Source: a bacterium (GTDB taxonomy: Bacteria > SZUA-182 > DTGQ01 > JAFGSM01). Taken from it: a stretch of 24,320 bases of DNA. Numbering within the stretch: position 1 is the stretch's first letter; each line of letters begins with the position of its first letter. The notes beneath the pieces are model-generated. The model saw only the letters and a list, made by a program, of their open reading frames with translations, had not been told where the DNA came from and did no database searches. Below, one piece after another: positions 1-8,626 of this stretch. Both the position numbers and the translations under genes were made by a program. The stretch covers positions 1 to 24,320 of the forward strand of contig JBLIRP010000064.1 of NCBI GenBank assembly GCA_049472355.1. The letters run 5' to 3'.

Positions 1-483
1 CGTCCGCTGGGAGGGGAATTCCTCGCCGCCGATTCCGTAATTCAGCGTGGTGATCCACCCCACCCGCTTACCCGCGGCCTCCATGATTCGTGCGATCAGC
101 GTACAGGTGGTTGTTTTTCCATTCGTACCGGTGACCCCCACCAGTTTGAGCCTTCTCGACGGATGCCCGTAGAATTCGTCGGCCATCAGTGCCAGTGCAC
201 GACGGGTATCGGAGACCAGACAGAGGACCAACCCTCGCTCCACCCACTTCCTGACGGCAGGGTCCTCCCAATACCTCCTGTCCTCGATGACAAAGCCGCG
301 GGCGCCCTTTTCTCCTGCATCGTGCAAAAAGAGATGACCGTCGGTGGCATATCCCTTGATCGCCACAAAGAGATCCCCCGGTTGCACCCTGCGCGAGTCA
401 TAGCACAGCCCGCCCACATCGAGGATCATGTTTCCCATGAATTCCAGGGGATCTGTGGAGCCCATCAAACGATCGATTTCCAT
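1..483 (-). CDS. murE: UDP-N-acetylmuramoyl-tripeptide synthetase MurE, 5' part (runs off the window; not in the ORF track)
   Basis: Manual translation from ATG 483: MEIDRLMGS...CYDSRRVQPGDLFVAIKG..DGH...LVGVTGTNGKTTT (Mur ligase P-loop). AAGGA SD upstream. Lies downstream of ftsI. Confidence 0.92.
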   Translation of the reverse strand, partial: MEIDRLMGSTDPLEFMGNMILDVGGLCYDSRRVQPGDLFVAIKGYATDGHLFLHDAGEKGARGFVIEDRRYWEDPAVRKWVERGLVLCLVSDTRRALALMADEFYGHPSRRLKLVGVTGTNGKTTTCTLIARIMEAAGKRVGWITTLNYGIGGEEFPSQRT

Positions 484-730
484 GTTCCTTGTCCCAACGA
501 TACCATTTCGTTATATGATATTTGCAGCGAATTATCTGTTTTTAAATACCCTTATCCCTCATCGTGATCGAACGATCACCATGGTTACTGGAACATATAG
601 TCGATACCTCGCTGCACCCATGAGGTCACTCCCCACCCTGCACCTGTCCTATATATTCTATCATACCCACCCTGGTGATATCGCAGCATTGTGTCCGCTC
701 CCGGGGGCCCCTTTCAGCCCCCCAGGCCCG

Positions 731-2440
731 CTAAAATTGAGCGGCCACGATAAGCTGACGATCCTTCCCAGGGCGATCGTTATCACCAGGGGGGATATGA
801 TAGTATCGAATGATTCGTGCCGCCACCTCGCCGAAGACGGGTGCCGCCACATCCCCTCCCCAGCACGTACCGCGCGGCTGGGAGATCATGACCAGCATGG
901 CCCATCGCGCCTGCTGGTCCGGAAAAAAACCCACAAAGGAGGCCACGAAATCCTGGTGCGAATACTCGCCGGTGGCGGGATCCACCATTTGTGCGGTCCC
1001 TGTCTTTCCCCCTATCGAATACCCCGGCACCGCCGCCTTTTGTCCGGTGCCTCGCTCCACCACCCCTTGGAGTATCTTTTTAAGCTGTTCGCTTGTCCTG
1101 GCGCTTATAACCCTTTTTTTCGCGGTCGGGGTCCTGTTGAAGAGCACACTGCCGTCACTTGCGCGAATTTCCTTCAGTAAAAAGGGCTCCATCAGATTCC
1201 CGCCGTTCACCAGTGAGGCAAAGGCGGTAATCATCTGGATGGGAGTTACCGAAACCTCCTGCCCAATGGAAATGGAGGCCATGGATAACCCTGACCAGCT
1301 CGAGGGGGGGCGCAGGATTCCCATGGCTTCCCCCGGAAAATCAATACCCGTTTTTTCGCCGAATCCGAATTTCCTTATGTACCGGTAGTATCGTTTTTCT
1401 CCCAATTCCCGGGCATACTTGATGGCGCCGATATTGCTCGACCGCTCAATAACCTGTCTGAAGCTCAGCCATCCGAATTTCATGTGATCCCTGATCTTCT
1501 TGCCGGCAATGGTAATTGCACCATTTTCGCAAAACACGATGGAATGATCCCGGACCAATCCTTCCTCCAGTAATGCCGCTGCCCAGAAGAGCTTGAAAAT
1601 GGAGCCGGGCTCATACACATCGGTCACGCAGCGGTTGCGCCAATAATCATTGGGATAATCGACGAAATGATTCGGATTATACCCGGGCCAGTTGGCCATG
1701 GCGATGATCCCGCCGGTATGGGTATCCATGATGATCACGAGTCCATGCTGGGCGTTCGCCTCTGTACAGGCCCTTCTCAGGGCGTCATCGGCAAAGAACT
1801 GTACGGCAAGATCGATTGTCAGATAAAGGTTGTGTTCCTTCCGGCTGCAGGAGGAGACATCACCGGCACATTCGGTGATGCAGGGCCGCTTCGTCCTGTT
1901 CAGGGAATCGTCGTAATGAAACTCCAGCCCCTCCAGCCCCTTTCCGTCGATACCGACAAAGCCGACAACCTGGGCGCCCAATTCGGCATTCGGGTAATAC
2001 CGCTCCGTTTCCATGATGTATTCGATTTCGGGAAGACTCAGGCCGTCAAGAGACTGCTTCTGATCCGGGTTGAGCCTTCGGTGGACCCAGACGAATCCCT
2101 TATCGCTTCGATATGCCTCCCGTATGCGCTGTTTGTCCGCCCACGGCAAACGTGCAAGCGCCTTCAGGACCGCATCCGGGCTGTCCGATTTCTTGGTAAT
2201 GAGATATGCGGAGGGGGCCTGGACGCTCAATGCCATTTCCCTCCCGCATCGGTCGTATATCCCTCCCCGCTGCGGGTCGGTATCCACGTGAATTCGTTCC
2301 CTTACCAGGTCCATGGCGTTCAATTCCACATGATCGATCACCTGCAACTGGACAAGACGTCCGATCAGCACGATGCTTCCCAGGCACAAAAGGGAGAAAA
2401 GAACGTATATCCTCCGTTTGCTCATTGAATGTCTATTCAT
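731..2440 (-). CDS. ftsI: Class B penicillin-binding protein (PBP3/FtsI), no PASTA domains
   Basis: N-terminal TM, RGxIYDR, RYYP and GLEGLE motifs. Catalytic SxxK (EPGSIFK), SxN (SSN) and KTG (KTGT). dcw position. Confidence 0.93.
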   Translation of the reverse strand: MNRHSMSKRRIYVLFSLLCLGSIVLIGRLVQLQVIDHVELNAMDLVRERIHVDTDPQRGGIYDRCGREMALSVQAPSAYLITKKSDSPDAVLKALARLPWADKQRIREAYRSDKGFVWVHRRLNPDQKQSLDGLSLPEIEYIMETERYYPNAELGAQVVGFVGIDGKGLEGLEFHYDDSLNRTKRPCITECAGDVSSCSRKEHNLYLTIDLAVQFFADDALRRACTEANAQHGLVIIMDTHTGGIIAMANWPGYNPNHFVDYPNDYWRNRCVTDVYEPGSIFKLFWAAALLEEGLVRDHSIVFCENGAITIAGKKIRDHMKFGWLSFRQVIERSSNIGAIKYARELGEKRYYRYIRKFGFGEKTGIDFPGEAMGILRPPSSWSGLSMASISIGQEVSVTPIQMITAFASLVNGGNLMEPFLLKEIRASDGSVLFNRTPTAKKRVISARTSEQLKKILQGVVERGTGQKAAVPGYSIGGKTGTAQMVDPATGEYSHQDFVASFVGFFPDQQARWAMLVMISQPRGTCWGGDVAAPVFGEVAARIIRYYHIPPGDNDRPGKDRQLIVAAQF

Positions 2441-2768
2441 CCTTCTCCAACGATTCGGTCGAAAGGATCACCAATTGATCGGGACCGGGATTCACGAATC
2501 CCAACTGCTCCCGGGCATTTCTTTCAATATGGGGCAATGACCTCAGGTATCCCCGCTCCAGGTGCAGGTGGCGGTTTATTTGCACCAACTGATCCCTGGA
2601 GTTCACCAACTCGATCACCTCATCCTCGATTCGCACCTTAAGGATACATTGCCGTATGTAGAACAGGACCATTGCAAAGAAAATCGTCAGAACCAGGGCA
2701 TACCCAAAGGCCCGTATCACCTCGGCGGTATCAAGATCCCGGTGGACTTTATAATTCTTCAGCGACAT
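2433..2768 (-). CDS. ftsL: Cell division protein FtsL-like
   Basis: 111 aa with one TM, then coiled coil and IERNAREQLGFVNP. Overlaps rsmH and ftsI. Confidence 0.85.
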   Translation of the reverse strand: MSLKNYKVHRDLDTAEVIRAFGYALVLTIFFAMVLFYIRQCILKVRIEDEVIELVNSRDQLVQINRHLHLERGYLRSLPHIERNAREQLGFVNPGPDQLVILSTESLEKDE

Positions 2769-3670
2769 TCGGCGACCCTCATACGGGCGCTTCTGGATCG
2801 CGGATTCATGTGCACCTCCTCCGGGGAGGGTCTCAACGGTTTTTTGGTGATCATGTCGATCCTCCGGTGAACATCGCCCCCGGTCCCCTTACCAGCCGCC
2901 TCTCGAAAAAATCGCTTTACCAGACCATCCTCCAGGGAGTGAAAGGAAATGATGCACACCCTCGCCCCCTGCTTCAGGCAATCACATACCACCCTCAAAA
3001 AACGGGCAAGGTTCTCCAACTCCTGATTTACCTCTATCCTCAAGGCCTGAAATGTGCGGGTGGCCGGATGAATCCTCCATCTTCCCGGCGATCGGGGGAC
3101 GGCGGCACGGATCGTACGGACGAGGTGGGTTGTCGTTTCGATGGGATTCCTTTTCCTCTCCTCCGCAATCCTTCGAGCAATCCGCCGTGCCCAGCGTTCC
3201 CCGCCATAGTTCCATATGATTTCCGCCAGCTTGGCTTCCGGATACCGGTTGACGATGTCCGATGCCCGTATGCCTCCCGAGGGGTCGAAATTCATCCCCA
3301 GGGGCTCATCGCTTTGAAAACTGAATCCCCTCTCCTGGTCCCCCAATTGGTACGAGGAAACCCCCAGATCAAGGAGCACACCGTCAAGTGCGGTTATTTT
3401 ATGGGATTCCATGATGGAGGGAAGGTCCTTATAGTTTCCGTGCACCAGCGTGACCCGGTCCCGGAATTTGACAAGCCTCTGCCCCGCTATTGCAAGGGCA
3501 TTGGAGTCCATATCGATGCCGAGAAGCTTTCCATCCGGTGAGGTGCTGTCCAGAATCCTTTCCGCGTGCCCCCCCAGCCCAACGGTACCATCGCAGTAAA
3601 ATCTTCCCGAAAGACAATTCAGGCAGCATAGTACCTGATCGACCATCACAGGTGTATGAACCCCCTCCAT
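2759..3670 (-). CDS. rsmH: 16S rRNA m4C1402 methyltransferase RsmH (MraW)
   Basis: HTPVM, DGTVGLGGHA, DLGVSSYQL, HPATRTFQALRIEVN, SFHSLED and NPRSRSA motifs. Confidence 0.97.
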   Translation of the reverse strand: MEGVHTPVMVDQVLCCLNCLSGRFYCDGTVGLGGHAERILDSTSPDGKLLGIDMDSNALAIAGQRLVKFRDRVTLVHGNYKDLPSIMESHKITALDGVLLDLGVSSYQLGDQERGFSFQSDEPLGMNFDPSGGIRASDIVNRYPEAKLAEIIWNYGGERWARRIARRIAEERKRNPIETTTHLVRTIRAAVPRSPGRWRIHPATRTFQALRIEVNQELENLARFLRVVCDCLKQGARVCIISFHSLEDGLVKRFFREAAGKGTGGDVHRRIDMITKKPLRPSPEEVHMNPRSRSARMRVAECR

Positions 3671-3758
3671 CCCCTCCCCCTGCCTACTTGGAGACCCTGT
3701 AACGAGACACTATCGTATCTATGTAGAAAGGAATTCCGGAGTCACGAATCGAATGGTA

Positions 3759-4208
3759 TTACACCCCCAATTTCGCCACCTTTTGCATAAGAGTGCCCAT
3801 GTTCCCCTCAGTCTCCCTCATAGTCTCAGTCCATTTCTCAAGCGGCCAGATTTCAAAATGATCCATCACCCCCACTATGGCCACCTTTGAATTAATGCCG
3901 CACTTTTCCCTCATATACGGAGGGACCAATATCCTGCCCGAACGGTCCATGATACAGTCGAATGCGTCCGAATATCGCTTGCGTATAAACTTGATCACAT
4001 CGCTGTCAAAGGAGGGGAGATTCCGCAGCCTTTCCTCCTTTTTATTCCATTCCAGCAGGGGGTACACCTCAATGCAATCCTGGGACAGGGTGAGAGAAAG
4101 CTCCCCGCCACCATAGTCCTTGTTCAGGGTATCCCTGATCCGGGTAGGTATGCTCAACCTCCCCTTTTGGTCCACCGTATGCTCGTATGTCCCTTTAAAG
4201 CTCGGCAT
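3759..4208 (-). CDS. mraZ: Division/cell wall cluster transcriptional repressor MraZ
   Basis: FKGTYEHTVDQKGRLSIP and DRSGRILVP repeats, GVMDHFEIW. First gene of the dcw cluster. Confidence 0.97.
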   Translation of the reverse strand: MPSFKGTYEHTVDQKGRLSIPTRIRDTLNKDYGGGELSLTLSQDCIEVYPLLEWNKKEERLRNLPSFDSDVIKFIRKRYSDAFDCIMDRSGRILVPPYMREKCGINSKVAIVGVMDHFEIWPLEKWTETMRETEGNMGTLMQKVAKLGV

Positions 4209-4224
4209 TATCCGGATTCGTCGG

Positions 4225-4303
4225 TCCCAGTGTTGTGGTTTTGTATCCCTCTTTATCCCACATTAAGGTATAATTGTCCCACTTCTTGGAAAAGATAGCC
4301 CAC
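4225..4303 (-). promoter_or_regulatory. Probable MraZ operator boxes (GTGGG-like repeats)
   Basis: Minus-strand CTGGGA, GAGGGA, GTGGGA, GTGGGA and GTGGGC at + positions 4225, 4246, 4256, 4277 and 4298 (10 or 21 bp spacing). MraZ is known to bind (G)TGGG direct repeats upstream of its own gene. Confidence 0.75.
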
Positions 4304-4320
4304 TTGGATTTTTTTGTCAA
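4292..4320 (-). promoter_or_regulatory. Sigma70-type promoter of the dcw operon
   Basis: TTGACA (4320-4315), 17-bp spacer, TATCTT (4297-4292). One GTGGG box lies inside the spacer. Confidence 0.75.
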
Positions 4321-4546
4321 GGGTTGAAGTGATATTGGTCGCAGGCCAGGGTTTTGGATAGAGGGAAAAATAATATTTGTTAATTTTATTTATTTATCTA
4401 AAATAAATTATCCTCCGTTGTATAGTAAAAACTGCATATAATTTAAAGAATGATACCCGGCTCCAAGAGAAGAAAGGGAAAACAGTCCTGCAATGACCCC
4501 GGTGGGGGGAAGTGGGAGCGCTCCTTTCGCATCCAAGGAGGCGCAT

Positions 4547-4576
4547 TTGACAAGGGTGGATGCCATCCCCTAATAT
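4547..4576 (+). promoter_or_regulatory. Sigma70-type promoter of rsmI
   Basis: TTGACA (4547-4552), 18-bp spacer, TAATAT (4571-4576), then ATG at 4584. Confidence 0.6.
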
Positions 4577-4583
4577 CACACCT

Positions 4584-5288
4584 ATGGACGAATCATCGAA
4601 AAAAAGGGGGACCCTCTTTGTAATCGGCACCCCTATCGGCAATCTTAACGACATCACCCTCCGGGCGATCGAGGTTCTGAAGGGGGTGGACAGGGTGGCC
4701 GCGGAGGATACCCGCCAGACCAGGAGGCTCCTGAGCCGGCTCCATATCTCGAAACCCATGCTCAGCTACCATGAATTCAACGAGCAAAAAAGGGGGGCAT
4801 CCATCATCCGCTCCCTCCTGGAGGGTACGTCCATCGCGCTTGTTTCCGACGCAGGCACCCCCGGGATATCCGACCCCGGATACCGTTTGGTGCGAGATGC
4901 CATTCAGCATGATATAGCGGTGGTCCCCATACCCGGTCCCTCCGCCATCCTGGCTGCACTCTCGGCCTCGGGTCTTCCCACCGACTCCTTTGTGTTCGAG
5001 GGATTCCTGGAGGGGCGGGAGACCAGGCGGCGGAAACAGCTTGAGCGGCTCAAGGAGGAGGAGCGGACGATCATCCTGTTTGAATCCCCCCACCGGGTGC
5101 TCAAGGGGCTTCAGGCGGTCCTGGAAATCCTGGGCAACCGCCCCATCTGCCTGGCACGCGAGCTGACCAAGATACACGAGGAATTGCTCAGGGGGGATGT
5201 GGCAGCGGTCCTGGAGAATCTCAAAAAACGGGGGAGGATCAAGGGGGAAATCACCCTGATCATTCAGGGAAAGGGGCGGAAGGGCTGA
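4584..5288 (+). CDS. rsmI: 16S rRNA Cm1402 methyltransferase RsmI (alternative start at 4560)
   Basis: GTLFVIGTPIGNLNDIT, AEDTR, VSDAGTPGISDPG, FESPHR and RELTKIHEE motifs. Confidence 0.96.
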   Translation: MDESSKKRGTLFVIGTPIGNLNDITLRAIEVLKGVDRVAAEDTRQTRRLLSRLHISKPMLSYHEFNEQKRGASIIRSLLEGTSIALVSDAGTPGISDPGYRLVRDAIQHDIAVVPIPGPSAILAALSASGLPTDSFVFEGFLEGRETRRRKQLERLKEEERTIILFESPHRVLKGLQAVLEILGNRPICLARELTKIHEELLRGDVAAVLENLKKRGRIKGEITLIIQGKGRKG

Positions 5289-5346
5289 GTCCCGGTCCTG
5301 ACCAAATGCCTGGCGAAGGCGATACCTTGAAGGGGCTTGAAATATT

Positions 5347-5550
5347 TAATTGCCCAACATGGTACGGGGAGGGGAATGCATCTTTTGTTTCGGCTCCCTT
5401 GCACACAGCCTGTAAGGCTCGCTTCGGGCACACCTCAACTCGCCCTTCGGGCTCGAACAAGCGGCGTGCTTTTCCTCAGCTTCGCCCACATGCTGTAGTG
5501 CTCGTCCGCAGGCACACAGATGCATCCCCCTCCCCGTTTTACACAGGGTA
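5347..5550 (+). repeat. ~204-bp dispersed hairpin element, copy 1 (structured RNA or MITE/REP-like)
   Basis: Aligns with the reverse complement of 7135-7340. Outer stem CGGGGAGGGGAATGCATCT/AGATGCATCCCCCTCCCCG, apical GCCC-TTCG-GGC loop. Confidence 0.9.
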
Positions 5551-5593
5551 CTCATTACTTGCTGATGCATATGAATAAGGACACGGTGAGAGC

Positions 5594-6130
5594 ATGGTGA
5601 GGATAATCGTAAGCGGATCACGGCCGCGAACGGGGAAGACCGCGCTCATCCTGAGGATGATCGCGGAGTTCCCGGGATTTGCGGTCATCCAGGTGAAGAC
5701 GGGCGGCCTGTTCAGCTCGGTCATTGCGGAACCGCACGGGGATGAGGCGGATCACTTCAGGAAGAACGGCGCTGGACACGTGCTCTCCATCGAGGCGGAT
5801 GCAAGGGATTATGCGGATGCCATCGATCAGGCATTATGTCTGGTGCCTTTCGATATAAAGGTTGTGATCGTCGAGGCATACCCCTATCCGGAAGGGGTGC
5901 ATGGGGATGTCCTGATCTTTATGACCGACCGGATACACACGGCAGTAATCCCTGGGGAAGGGAATCATACCGTTATGGTCGATATATTGGAAGCCATACC
6001 TGATGAGAAACGGGCAAATGCGGTTCAATATCCGCTTTTCAACCTGCACCTTATGAACAACGACCCGGAGGAATGGGCCCGGTTCATGGCGTACCTAAGG
6101 GGACTCATCAGCCGGACAGAAACCGAATGA
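5594..6130 (+). CDS. Hypothetical P-loop protein, MobB-like N-terminus
   Basis: IIVSGSRPRTGKT Walker A at the N-terminus and VVIVE Walker B-like segment. Its 3' end overlaps the convergent ROK gene by 36 bp. Confidence 0.65.
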   Translation: MVRIIVSGSRPRTGKTALILRMIAEFPGFAVIQVKTGGLFSSVIAEPHGDEADHFRKNGAGHVLSIEADARDYADAIDQALCLVPFDIKVVIVEAYPYPEGVHGDVLIFMTDRIHTAVIPGEGNHTVMVDILEAIPDEKRANAVQYPLFNLHLMNNDPEEWARFMAYLRGLISRTETE

Positions 6131-7093
6131 ATATGCGGCAAGGCCGCACGCCCCGATCATGCCGGCATCATCACCCAGACGTGCCCGGACGATCGCGACC
6201 CTTTCGGCAAGTCCGGGCAAGGACCTTCGTTTGGCCTCTTCCACCATGGAGGGATAGAAGAAATCCCAGGCATTGCTGGCCCCGCCCCCTATGATGAATA
6301 GCTCAGGGTTCAGCATATTGATAAGACTTCCAATGCCAATACCCAGATACACCCCGGTTTGCCGCAGGATATCCCGGGCCATGTCATTCCCTCCCAGGGC
6401 TGCGCGATGTACGAGGGCAGCGGTCAATTCACCGGGTTCATTGATCCCCGCCGCTTCGAAAAGTCCCGGAGCGGTCCGATCATCGAGACGTTCGATGGTC
6501 CTTCGCACGATCCCGGTGGCCGAGACATACGCCTCCAGACACCCCCTGTTTCCGCACGGGCACTGCAATCCGTCGGGCACAATGGTCATGTGCCCGATTT
6601 CCCCGGCCATACCCTCAGAACCATGCCAGAGGCGGCCATCCAGGATGATCCCACCTCCCACGCCTGTGCCCAGGGTGAGGCCGATCATGCTTGAGCACCC
6701 CTGTCCGGCCCCGGCCCAATGCTCGCCAAAAACGGCTGCATTGGCATCGTTATCAAGGATGGTTGGAATATTGAACCTTCGGGAGATGATATCCCTCAGG
6801 GGGACATCATGCCACCCCTGGAAATTGGGGGATGTTACAATAATCCCTCGTTCGATATCGATAATACCAGCGGCACCGATTCCAATCCCTTGAATGGATC
6901 CATGCGGCGATTGCCCCTGCAATTCCTGAATGACGGCGACAATACGTTCGATAATCCGATCCCGTCCCTCATTGACCAGGGTCGGAACAAACCTCCGGCA
7001 CAAAACCTCGTGATTCTTGTTTACGATGCCCGCGTGTATGTTGGTACCGCCAAGATCAACACCAATAAAACATGGTAAGTATCGTTCATTCAT
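6095..7093 (-). CDS. ROK family sugar kinase (probable glucokinase)
   Basis: IGVDLGGT, NDANAA..GE, LGTGVGGG, GEIGH and CPCGNRGCLE zinc motif. Confidence 0.93.
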   Translation of the reverse strand: MNERYLPCFIGVDLGGTNIHAGIVNKNHEVLCRRFVPTLVNEGRDRIIERIVAVIQELQGQSPHGSIQGIGIGAAGIIDIERGIIVTSPNFQGWHDVPLRDIISRRFNIPTILDNDANAAVFGEHWAGAGQGCSSMIGLTLGTGVGGGIILDGRLWHGSEGMAGEIGHMTIVPDGLQCPCGNRGCLEAYVSATGIVRRTIERLDDRTAPGLFEAAGINEPGELTAALVHRAALGGNDMARDILRQTGVYLGIGIGSLINMLNPELFIIGGGASNAWDFFYPSMVEEAKRRSLPGLAERVAIVRARLGDDAGMIGACGLAAYSFGFCPADESP

Positions 7094-7134
7094 AGCAATC
7101 CATCAATGTCCTGCCTTGTACGATAACTGCGTGA

Positions 7135-7340
7135 TACCCTGTGGGCGATAGGGCAAGGGGGGTGCGCCTGTGTGCCTGCGGACGAGCACTACAGCCTGTC
7201 GGCGAAGCTTCGGAAAAGCACACCGACTGTTCGAGCCCGAAGGGCGAGTTGAGGTGTGCCCGAAACGAGCCTTACAGGCTGTGTGCAAGGGAGCCGAAAC
7301 AAAAGGCGCATCCCCCTTACCGCACGATATTGAGCAATTA
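7135..7340 (-). repeat. ~206-bp dispersed hairpin element, copy 2
   Basis: Inverted copy of 5347-5550 with long identical stretches. Outer stem GGTAAGGGGGATGCGCCT/AGGCGCACCCCCCTTGCC. Confidence 0.9.
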
Positions 7341-7456
7341 TCTTTTTCGCCTTTTTAACCGCCATTGTTCCATTGAGCGGCATTCAGGCGGGTATTGATG
7401 CATCGATGCCATGATTCAGCCCAAAAGACATTGAATCACAAAGCACGTAACCGCAA

Positions 7457-8608
7457 CTACTTTCTTTTCAGATTGATCCATTTTTCGTCCAGCCCTGCCA
7501 TTCCCTCCCAGGCACGGTCCAGATACAACATATCAAGGGTGGCGATTGCAGCCATGGCCTCGATCACCGCATAGATCCTTCCGACCAGGGTGGGATCCCT
7601 CCTGGTGATGGGGCTTAAGGTCTCTTCCTTCATGGTCGTCATGTTGATGGAAGGCTGCTCTACCGAGACGGTGGGGGTGGGCTTGATGGCCATCCTGCAC
7701 ACAATATCCTCCCCGTTGGTCATACCGCCCAGGACCCCGCCTGCATGATTCGTTCGGAACCTCACCTTTCCCTTATCAAGGTAGGGATGGTCATTGAATT
7801 CACTCCCCTTCATGGTGCCGCACCTGAACCCCGAGCCGAACTCGATTCCCTTCACCGCCCCGATACTCATGATGGCATGGGATAACACCGCGCCGAACTT
7901 GTCAAACACGGGCTCCCCCAGGCCGGCCGGGATATTATGGATCACCAGCTCAATGATGCCGCCCATGGTATCCCCCTCATCCTTCACCTCCAGGACCTTT
8001 GTGGTCATCTCTTCGGCGGCATCGAGATCAGGGCAGTTGATCTCGTTCTTCCGGTAGTTTTTCTTGGCCTCGTCAAAACTCATCGGTTTGGCCTTGATCC
8101 CGGCGCATTCAACGGTATATGCGAGGACCTCTATCCCGTGCCGGGCCAGGATGATCTTGGCCAATGCCCCACCTGCCACCCTGCCCACCGTCTCCCTGCC
8201 GGATGCCCTGCCGGCACCGCACCAGTCGGCTGACTCGCCGTACTTCAGGAAATAGGTATATTCGGCATGGCCCGGCCTGATAAGGTCCTTGTAATCCCTG
8301 TACTGGTCGATATGTACCATCTGCGTATCCACGTTATACACGATCATCCCCACCGGGGCCCCCGTGGTCACCCCGTCCTGTCCCATGCCCGCAAAGATAT
8401 GGACCTGGTCGGTCTCCTTCCTGGGAGAGTCGAGCTTGCCCTGCCCCGGCCTCCTCTTGTCCATCTCCCTCTGTATCATCTCATCCGTGAGCTTGATGCC
8501 CGGCGGCACGCCGTCGACGATCACCGCCAGGCCCGAGCCCTTCCCAATGCCATACGATTCCCCGCAGGTGGTGACCCTGAATATCCTTCCGAAGCTATTT
8601 CCCATCAT
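7457..8608 (-). CDS. aroC: Chorismate synthase (divergent motifs)
   Basis: GNSFG..FRVTT.GES, RRPGQ, RPGHA, GRASGRET, KGIEFGSGF, NHAGGVLGG and KPTP motifs. AAGGAGGT SD. Confidence 0.95.
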   Translation of the reverse strand: MMGNSFGRIFRVTTCGESYGIGKGSGLAVIVDGVPPGIKLTDEMIQREMDKRRPGQGKLDSPRKETDQVHIFAGMGQDGVTTGAPVGMIVYNVDTQMVHIDQYRDYKDLIRPGHAEYTYFLKYGESADWCGAGRASGRETVGRVAGGALAKIILARHGIEVLAYTVECAGIKAKPMSFDEAKKNYRKNEINCPDLDAAEEMTTKVLEVKDEGDTMGGIIELVIHNIPAGLGEPVFDKFGAVLSHAIMSIGAVKGIEFGSGFRCGTMKGSEFNDHPYLDKGKVRFRTNHAGGVLGGMTNGEDIVCRMAIKPTPTVSVEQPSINMTTMKEETLSPITRRDPTLVGRIYAVIEAMAAIATLDMLYLDRAWEGMAGLDEKWINLKRK

Positions 8609-8626
8609 TGTGAACGACCTCCTTGA

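Noticed and set aside
4365..4450. Very AT-rich tract as a possible replication origin unwinding element
   Set aside because: I see no DnaA-box cluster. It is adequately explained as upstream DNA between two divergent promoters.
5306..5621. ORFs of 60-90 aa over the hairpin element (also 7103-7398) with similar translations
   Set aside because: The similarity comes from the DNA repeat. Starts and stops are not conserved between copies.
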